Source: a virus
Lineage: Duplodnaviria > Caudoviricetes
Length of the DNA: 64,000 nt
Virus record (IMG/VR): IMGVR_UViG_3300031992_000055
Span: 29,683-93,682 of that record
Direction: 5' to 3' (one strand)
The notes beneath the pieces were generated by a model. That model had not been told where the DNA came from and made no database searches. It was given only the letters and a program-made list of their open reading frames with translations. How positions within the stretch are numbered: the stretch's first letter is position 1; every line of letters begins with the position of its first letter. Of this stretch, positions 57,648 to 64,000 are shown piece after piece. A program made the position numbers and the translations under genes.

Positions 57648-58036
57648 GACTATATGGAGACAAAGCATTAGACCAAACAGGACTTGCTTATTTATGGCAG
57701 AAGATCCTTAATCTTGTTAAGAAGTCTGTTCCAACAAAGATTTCTCAGCTTGAGAATGATAAGAAGTATATTACTGAAAAGGAGATACCTGGCTATACTA
57801 AAGAGGAGATAGATAGTCTTTTATCTGGCAAAGAGAATGTAATACCAGACTTGAATATTATTAGAGATACTACTAAAAATATTGATGGTAAAGCAGATAA
57901 AGTTTCTAGTGCTGTTTATGGAAATCTTGCTGGTTTAGATTTTAACGGTAATCTTATAAATAGTGGTATAGATGGAGAAGATGTAGCAGATCAAGAATTG
58001 ACATTAGAAGAGATAAATAGTTTAATAAATTTTTAA
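57644..58036 (+). CDS. Short fibre segment protein
   Basis: LDQTGLAYLWQKI; VPTKISQLENDKKY; KADKV. Confidence 0.7.
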   Translation: MRLYGDKALDQTGLAYLWQKILNLVKKSVPTKISQLENDKKYITEKEIPGYTKEEIDSLLSGKENVIPDLNIIRDTTKNIDGKADKVSSAVYGNLAGLDFNGNLINSGIDGEDVADQELTLEEINSLINF

Positions 58037-58048
58037 AAGTAAATAAAT

Positions 58049-59203
58049 ATGGCAAAATATTTAGGAGAGACTGGTCTTATATACTTATGGAGTAAGATTA
58101 AGACATGGGTAAGTAATTATGCAAAGATTACTTCAAGTACAGGCAAAGACACTATTACTGCAGGTAATAATAGTGTTGACGTCTATGATTGGGCTCAAGC
58201 TAGCACTAAGCCTAGTTATACTGCTGATGAGATTAGTGACGGTACTACTTATAAAAGATTTAGTGCTACAGAGAAAGAAAAACTGTTTGGAATAGCAGCT
58301 AATGCTGATGTTAATATGATTGAAGTAGTAGAGATTCCTGATCCAAATGAGGTTGATGGTGATACAGTACAGCTTTCAAGAACAAATAAGATTATAAGCA
58401 TACCTGCTGTAAGTAATATTCCTGGAGATGAAACTTATGGTCTTATGGCTCCAAGTCAAAAAACTAAGCTTGACAGTCTTTCTGATGATAGTGATGTAGT
58501 TCATATAGATGGAATTGAAACTATTAGTGGCTCTAAAGAATTCACTAATCAACTTACTGTTTCTAGTATTTGTTCACAGGTTTCTTATGATAATACTAGT
58601 GATTTTACTTGGATTACTAATGGTGGAAGTGGTCCTTATTCTTTACAAGATGCTCTTAATGCACGTGATAATCAAAATGCTTTTAGTAATGTAAAAGTAG
58701 GTAATTCTACTATTGCAGCCGATGGAACAACAGATACTTTAGAGCTTGCTGTAGCTTCTAACAGTGTGGTTTCTCTTACTGCGGATACTACTAATGACAA
58801 GGTAACTATAGATGTAGATAAAGACTTGTCAAAGTATAATAATACTACATCGGCCTTTATTGCTTCTTCTTTAGTGGGTGCTGCTAATGGTATTTGTCCT
58901 CTTGATGCTAATACTAAGATAGCTTCTTCTTATCTTCCTTCTTATGTTGATGATGTTATTGAGGCTTATATTAGAAGTGGACAAACTGCTCTTAGTTCTA
59001 CTTGGCTTGCTACAGGAAGTGCATCAGGAACAGTTATTACTCCAGAGGCAGGAAAGATATATGTATTAATGAATTCAGATAGTACTTATTCTGAGAATAC
59101 AGAGTTCAGATGGGGATCTTCAGCGTATGTAAAAATTAATGATGGTGGTATCTCTGAGATGACTACTGCTGAAATGGATACTGCAACATCAAATTGGACA
59201 TAA
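58049..59203 (+). CDS. Fibre protein
   Basis: YLGETGLIYLWSKIK; GLMAPSQKTKLD; GAANGICPLD..YLPSYVDDVIE. Confidence 0.75.
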   Translation: MAKYLGETGLIYLWSKIKTWVSNYAKITSSTGKDTITAGNNSVDVYDWAQASTKPSYTADEISDGTTYKRFSATEKEKLFGIAANADVNMIEVVEIPDPNEVDGDTVQLSRTNKIISIPAVSNIPGDETYGLMAPSQKTKLDSLSDDSDVVHIDGIETISGSKEFTNQLTVSSICSQVSYDNTSDFTWITNGGSGPYSLQDALNARDNQNAFSNVKVGNSTIAADGTTDTLELAVASNSVVSLTADTTNDKVTIDVDKDLSKYNNTTSAFIASSLVGAANGICPLDANTKIASSYLPSYVDDVIEAYIRSGQTALSSTWLATGSASGTVITPEAGKIYVLMNSDSTYSENTEFRWGSSAYVKINDGGISEMTTAEMDTATSNWT

Positions 59204-59213
59204 AATAATTGTT

Positions 59214-61010
59214 ATGGGGAAGTATATTGGAGCAAACGGACTGCAGTATTTGTGGGAAAAGATAAAAGCTTTTTTTACTCAAGCTCTCACTAATTACTAT
59301 ATGAAGAGTGAAATTGATGCATTAGTATCTAAACCTATTGAGTTTGAGAGATGGTATCAACCTTACTCTGCCAAGTTCACAGGGTCACGGAGTACCAATA
59401 ACGGAGTTAAAGTAGAGAGTGGAACGGCAAAGATAAACACTATTTATGGTGTAACATTTGTGTGGAATCAGTTGTTTGATGCTGTCGGCACAACAGTGAC
59501 ACCTGTTGAAGATTCTACATATTTGCTGCAAATAAATGGTGTGAGAAGCATTGTTGTTGCGGATGCCAACACTGCGAACTTTGTGTCTACCACAGAGACT
59601 GACATGTGCATCAACTTGAGGCATTTATATGGTGCGGAGAATGGTGCTACCCCATTTACTATAGCGCAATTTGAGGAGTTCTTTCCCTTGCCATATTATT
59701 CTTATGATGCTGGCAGACTGATAAACATGGCTATCACGTCATTTACATCTCAAGGAACTGACAAGGACGGAAATGTTTTCTATAAAGCAATCAATCTACC
59801 TATCACTACTATGACAGGGAAATTGAATGGAATCGGAAATAGTGAGACTATTTTCTCGAATGGGATGGGAAATGCCTATGGACTTCCAAGTTCCATTTCT
59901 AACGCATACGCAGATAGTATTACAAAAGTAGGTGGTGTTTGGAAAGCGACTCAAAGAACACATTTTGTTACCATTAACTTGGCGAATGTCACTTGGTCAA
60001 ACGCAGGGAGTTATAGTTCGCTATACAGTGCTACAAATGCTGTGATGCCTATTGGTACTGGTAATACAAGTTCTATAAATGTTGTTTGTGACAAGTTCGT
60101 TAGTAGACGAAATGCTGCTGGAAATTTTGTAAAAGGATATACTGCAATGTACCCAGGCTCAGTGGGTAACAACACTTGTTTTATTTTGTGTCGAGATGAG
60201 CCAAAAGTAGGTACCGCAAATTTCGCGTATCCCAAAAAGACGGCAAGTGTATATGTCCTTGACGATGAGTATCAAGCAATGCTGAATGAAGTTTTCCCAA
60301 CTAATGACGGTGGTACGGAAATCGTCTACCCAAGTAATGGTGTTGCACCTGTAACCACTCCTGTAAATGTCAAAATTGATTATCCTATTATTGATTATGA
60401 GGTTAAGAGAATATGCGTTGAAAACTGGGGAGGAAATTATATTGAAGGTGAAATAACTTATGCAGAAGCGGCTGGCGTGACTGTTAGCACTACTACTGGA
60501 CATTTTGACTACCAATTTAGAGGAAATACAAATATTGTAAGATTCAATGAATTAAAATATTTCAAAGGATTAACAAGATTTTCTCGTAGTGACAACGCAA
60601 CAACAGGGTTTTTTGAGTCATGTAATAATTTGACAGAAATAACTCTCCCCGCCACAACTTCCACATGGGTTGGAAGAGTGTTTGGCAATTGTAGTAAATT
60701 AGTGACACTCGCAATAGATGGAACTTTGATAACATCCGATAGCGTCAGTTTTTCTGATTGTTTCTTCAATTGTAATAGTCTTAAAAATATTGTTGGAAAT
60801 ATTCATTATATAGGTCAAAGTATTAATTTTCAATATTGTCCATTAACTGTTGAGTCTGCTACAAAGATTATTAATTGCCTTTCATCAAATGGTTCTGGAA
60901 AAACTTGTAAATTAAGGAACGCAATGAAAACAACTTACGAGGAAGATGATGATTTTAACGCAGCAGTTACAACAGCGACTGCAAAAGGATGGTCAATCGC
61001 TTACGCATAA
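59214..61010 (+). CDS. Fibre tip / receptor-binding protein with BspA-like LRR
   Basis: YIGANGLQYLWEKIK; FNELKYFKGL, FESCNNLTEITLP, F.NC.SL repeats; KGWSI end. Confidence 0.75.
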   Translation: MGKYIGANGLQYLWEKIKAFFTQALTNYYMKSEIDALVSKPIEFERWYQPYSAKFTGSRSTNNGVKVESGTAKINTIYGVTFVWNQLFDAVGTTVTPVEDSTYLLQINGVRSIVVADANTANFVSTTETDMCINLRHLYGAENGATPFTIAQFEEFFPLPYYSYDAGRLINMAITSFTSQGTDKDGNVFYKAINLPITTMTGKLNGIGNSETIFSNGMGNAYGLPSSISNAYADSITKVGGVWKATQRTHFVTINLANVTWSNAGSYSSLYSATNAVMPIGTGNTSSINVVCDKFVSRRNAAGNFVKGYTAMYPGSVGNNTCFILCRDEPKVGTANFAYPKKTASVYVLDDEYQAMLNEVFPTNDGGTEIVYPSNGVAPVTTPVNVKIDYPIIDYEVKRICVENWGGNYIEGEITYAEAAGVTVSTTTGHFDYQFRGNTNIVRFNELKYFKGLTRFSRSDNATTGFFESCNNLTEITLPATTSTWVGRVFGNCSKLVTLAIDGTLITSDSVSFSDCFFNCNSLKNIVGNIHYIGQSINFQYCPLTVESATKIINCLSSNGSGKTCKLRNAMKTTYEEDDDFNAAVTTATAKGWSIAYA

Positions 61011-61021
61011 ACATTATAGAT

Positions 61022-61219
61022 ATGACAACAAAAGAAAAGAATGGTTACACTGAGATGGTTGCTGATGAAGGAAAATTCCTTACGCAAAAAGAGGACACTG
61101 ATGATAAGATGTTTGTCCTTGTGGTGCAGACACGGCATCCAGAAATGTGGGAAGAGTGTGATGCACAAAGAAAGAAAGAATGGGAAGATGCTCACCAAGA
61201 ACAATATGATATTGAATAA
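61022..61219 (+). CDS. Small fibre-associated (chaperone-like) protein
   Basis: ADEGKFLTQ...WEE motif, following the LRR fibre. Confidence 0.6.
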   Translation: MTTKEKNGYTEMVADEGKFLTQKEDTDDKMFVLVVQTRHPEMWEECDAQRKKEWEDAHQEQYDIE

Positions 61220-61237
61220 TTAAAATAAAGCTATACA

Positions 61238-64000
61238 ATGGAAAAGAAAGCAATGGGGTGGAGAACAAAAGGCATGAACAGGGATCTTGCAGTCTCTGTC
61301 TTCAGTGCTGACTTTACCTTTGAAAATCATAATTTAAGATTAGCTACTACTGAGAGCAATACTCTAATGAGCTGGGTTAATGAAAAAGGACCTCAGTTAT
61401 TTGGACTCAGTATAAATAAGAATCCTTGGATAGAGAATAGTACATATACTAATGAAGATCATATAGAAGGTATGGCTATTGGTACTGCTGTATTAAACCA
61501 CCAATTAGTTATATTTACTACTACTTCAAGAGTAGATGAAAGGAGTGTTAATGATAGAGATTGTATTTATGTCTTTATTGAGAACAAGGAAGGAGGTTGT
61601 TCTTTGAAGGGTGAATTAATATATAAAGGTAATCTCAACTTCAATGCTCAGCATCCATTAGAAACTTTAGTATCTTATGAGGCAGAACATATACAGAAAG
61701 TATACTGGACTGATGGAGAGAATCAGCCTAGGGTTATCAATATAGCTGCTGATAAATCTAAATTAGAAAGGTGGAATCATGCTGATTCTAATGACCCACA
61801 TGACTTTTCTATAGTAGATACCTTCTTTGATTTCATTCCTGCATTTAGTACTAATGAGGAAGTTGCTATAGTAAAGAACATATCAGGAGGTGGTTTATTT
61901 AGTCCTGGAACTATTCAGTATGCCTTTACTTATTTCAATAGATATGGGCAGCAAAGTAATATATTCTATCTTTCTCCTATTGATTATCTTACATTCTCTG
62001 ACAGAGCAGGAAGTCCTGAGGAAAGAGTATCATGTGCTTTTACAATTAGTATAAGTGGTTTAGATCGTTCTTTTGATAAAGTAAGAATATACTCCATTCA
62101 AAGAACATCATTAAATCTTGATCCTATTGTCAGGATAGTAAAGGATATTACTATTGTAGGAGATAGTTTTACCTTTATAGATAAAGGAACTTCAGGTAGT
62201 GCTATAGATCCCACAGAGCTTTTGTTTGTTGGAGGCAGAGAGATTCATGCTCTTACTATGACTGATAAGGATAATACCCTCTTTGTTGGAAACTTTAAAG
62301 AGATTACCCCTAATACCTCTATATTACAGGCAAGGATAAATGAGTATAGGAGTAGTGAGAAAGATCAAGGTAGAGAATTAGTCACTTTTACATATGATAA
62401 TGATAACAGCAAGACTCTATACTTAGGTACTGTTGATAGTTATTATTCTCATTATAATACCCTCAAAGAACAACAGCGTAAGATTACCACATATAAAGGT
62501 GGAGAAGAATATAGGTTTGGATTTCAGTTGCAAAAGAAGACAGGTGAGTGGGTACCTCCAATTTGGTTTGATGATGCAACTAATCCTTTATATCCTAATA
62601 TAGACTTTAGCAATAACTCTGCTAAGCTTGTTTATGCTGAAGGAAATGTTCCTATATTTGATATAGAAGGATTTAAAGTCAGTGATTATATTAGAATCAG
62701 ACCTGTAGTTATATTCCCATCTATTGTAGATAGAAATGTATTGTGCCAAGGTGTACTTAATCCTACAGTATTCAATGTGGAGGATAGAAAGGATAATTCT
62801 CCTTTTGCTCAAGCATCTTGGTATTTTAGACCTTATATTAAATCTTTTGCTGATTTAAACCCAGACTCATTGTATTATATTCCTAAGAGTGAAGCTACAG
62901 AACTTAAAGTAGAAAAGGGTTGGGAATCTTCTGATAAATTTAGTTTTGAAGACCAGGCCTGGTGGGAAGATCAAGTAGATCAGGTATATGTTTTAGTGGC
63001 TAAAATAGATAAACAATATGCAGCAGAAGTACTTGCAAGAGGATATCTTACTTATAGAGAAGGTACTAATGAAAATGATAATATACAGCACCTAGATTTT
63101 GATAGAGGAGTTATATTTCTCAAAGAAAATCCTTCTTATGTATGGTATGTTTTTGTAAGAGGCTCTTATTGGAGTGATCCTATTGTAGATGGTGAAAAAT
63201 GTTATATGGATAGAGGTATTGTAGAAGCTTTTAAGACTGCAAGCCGTACACTTCCTGGTCAACCTTCTTCTGAAGAAATTTCTTTTAAATTATATAAAAA
63301 AGCAAAAAAGACTAGCACCTATAATCTCCTTTATTACGATGTTCTTCCTGAGAAATCTCATTGGTATGAAAATATAGTGAATTTAGAAGAGTCAACAGAA
63401 GAGATACCTAGAGGAGATTTTGGAAAATATACTTTTAAATTCGCAGTTGGGTTAGAAGAAAATCCTAGTACTGTAGAGGATGAAGCAGGAATATATTATA
63501 AGGTAGAAATTAAAAGGTCAGCTGTAGGAGATTATTCTTATGATGCTATAAGTAAAGACGGTGCTCCTTTAGCATTCTCTCATTATGCATCTATCCCTAC
63601 ACAAGAAGAGAGTAAAGCCAAAGAATGGCAAAGATCTGTAGAAATACAAGGATCTATAAAGTCCTATAATACCCCATTCTCTGAAGATAAAATACTAGTA
63701 AATGGAAAGGATGTACCTTCTAATACTCAGTTCTTTATAGATCAAAGTATTGTTACTTTAAATTCTCCTGATCTTGAGTTTAATACAGAAACTCAGATAT
63801 ATAACATGGAAGATATCAAACTAAGAATAGTTGGAGTGGTTCCTATCACAGCTAGTTATTCTTCTCATGCTATTTATAACTCTAGTGCTATGCTGGAGAC
63901 TAATCATAATGATAATGGTAATGGAATATCTCATGAGTTTGGTAAAGGAGAAACAGGTATTAATGTGTATCATCTTAATACAAGTGCTTATGCAGCACAT
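61238..64000 (+). CDS. Muzzle/tail stabilisation protein (gp44-like; runs off window end)
   Basis: Not in ORF track. MEKKAMGWRTKGMNRDLAVSVFS...QKVYWTDGENQPRVINI. Confidence 0.88.
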   Translation, partial: MEKKAMGWRTKGMNRDLAVSVFSADFTFENHNLRLATTESNTLMSWVNEKGPQLFGLSINKNPWIENSTYTNEDHIEGMAIGTAVLNHQLVIFTTTSRVDERSVNDRDCIYVFIENKEGGCSLKGELIYKGNLNFNAQHPLETLVSYEAEHIQKVYWTDGENQPRVINIAADKSKLERWNHADSNDPHDFSIVDTFFDFIPAFSTNEEVAIVKNISGGGLFSPGTIQYAFTYFNRYGQQSNIFYLSPIDYLTFSDRAGSPEERVSCAFTISISGLDRSFDKVRIYSIQRTSLNLDPIVRIVKDITIVGDSFTFIDKGTSGSAIDPTELLFVGGREIHALTMTDKDNTLFVGNFKEITPNTSILQARINEYRSSEKDQGRELVTFTYDNDNSKTLYLGTVDSYYSHYNTLKEQQRKITTYKGGEEYRFGFQLQKKTGEWVPPIWFDDATNPLYPNIDFSNNSAKLVYAEGNVPIFDIEGFKVSDYIRIRPVVIFPSIVDRNVLCQGVLNPTVFNVEDRKDNSPFAQASWYFRPYIKSFADLNPDSLYYIPKSEATELKVEKGWESSDKFSFEDQAWWEDQVDQVYVLVAKIDKQYAAEVLARGYLTYREGTNENDNIQHLDFDRGVIFLKENPSYVWYVFVRGSYWSDPIVDGEKCYMDRGIVEAFKTASRTLPGQPSSEEISFKLYKKAKKTSTYNLLYYDVLPEKSHWYENIVNLEESTEEIPRGDFGKYTFKFAVGLEENPSTVEDEAGIYYKVEIKRSAVGDYSYDAISKDGAPLAFSHYASIPTQEESKAKEWQRSVEIQGSIKSYNTPFSEDKILVNGKDVPSNTQFFIDQSIVTLNSPDLEFNTETQIYNMEDIKLRIVGVVPITASYSSHAIYNSSAMLETNHNDNGNGISHEFGKGETGINVYHLNTSAYAAH

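Noticed and set aside
34663-61010. Diversity-generating retroelement or invertible fibre cassettes
   Set aside because: No reverse transcriptase, template/variable repeat pair or inverted recombination sites seen. The only recombinase has a tRNA-type att.

Overview
64-kb segment of a crAss-like phage genome (Crassvirales; structural proteins closely resemble those I recall from PhiCrAss001, Steigviridae). The host is likely Bacteroidota (TAnnTTTG promoters) and the genetic code is standard. Left (minus strand): replication/recombination genes (exonuclease, resolvase, ung, MoxR ATPase, HExxH-vWA, primase, SSB, AAA_24, DnaB, SF2 helicase), three tRNAs, small early genes and candidate structured RNAs. 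Then an ~830-bp non-coding control region, lysis genes, and a tyrosine integrase with an attP-like tRNA-Ser 3' half. Right (plus strand): morphogenesis genes (portal, fibre/spike, accessory module, terminase, major capsid, ring/hub proteins, fibres, muzzle). Highlights: (1) four group I introns missed by the ORF track, splitting the MoxR Walker A, the HExxH motif, the capsid gene and tRNA(CAU); the tRNA intron carries a tRNA-shaped cloverleaf in P8; (2) integrase plus attP suggesting lysogeny; (3) a late-promoter architecture with fixed 43/32-nt spacing; (4) a family of U-rich, GUGA-hairpin putative antisense RNAs and a ~340-nt structured RNA; (5) a possible head-to-tail docking chain of fibre proteins. 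Family assignments come from motif recognition and memory, not database searches.
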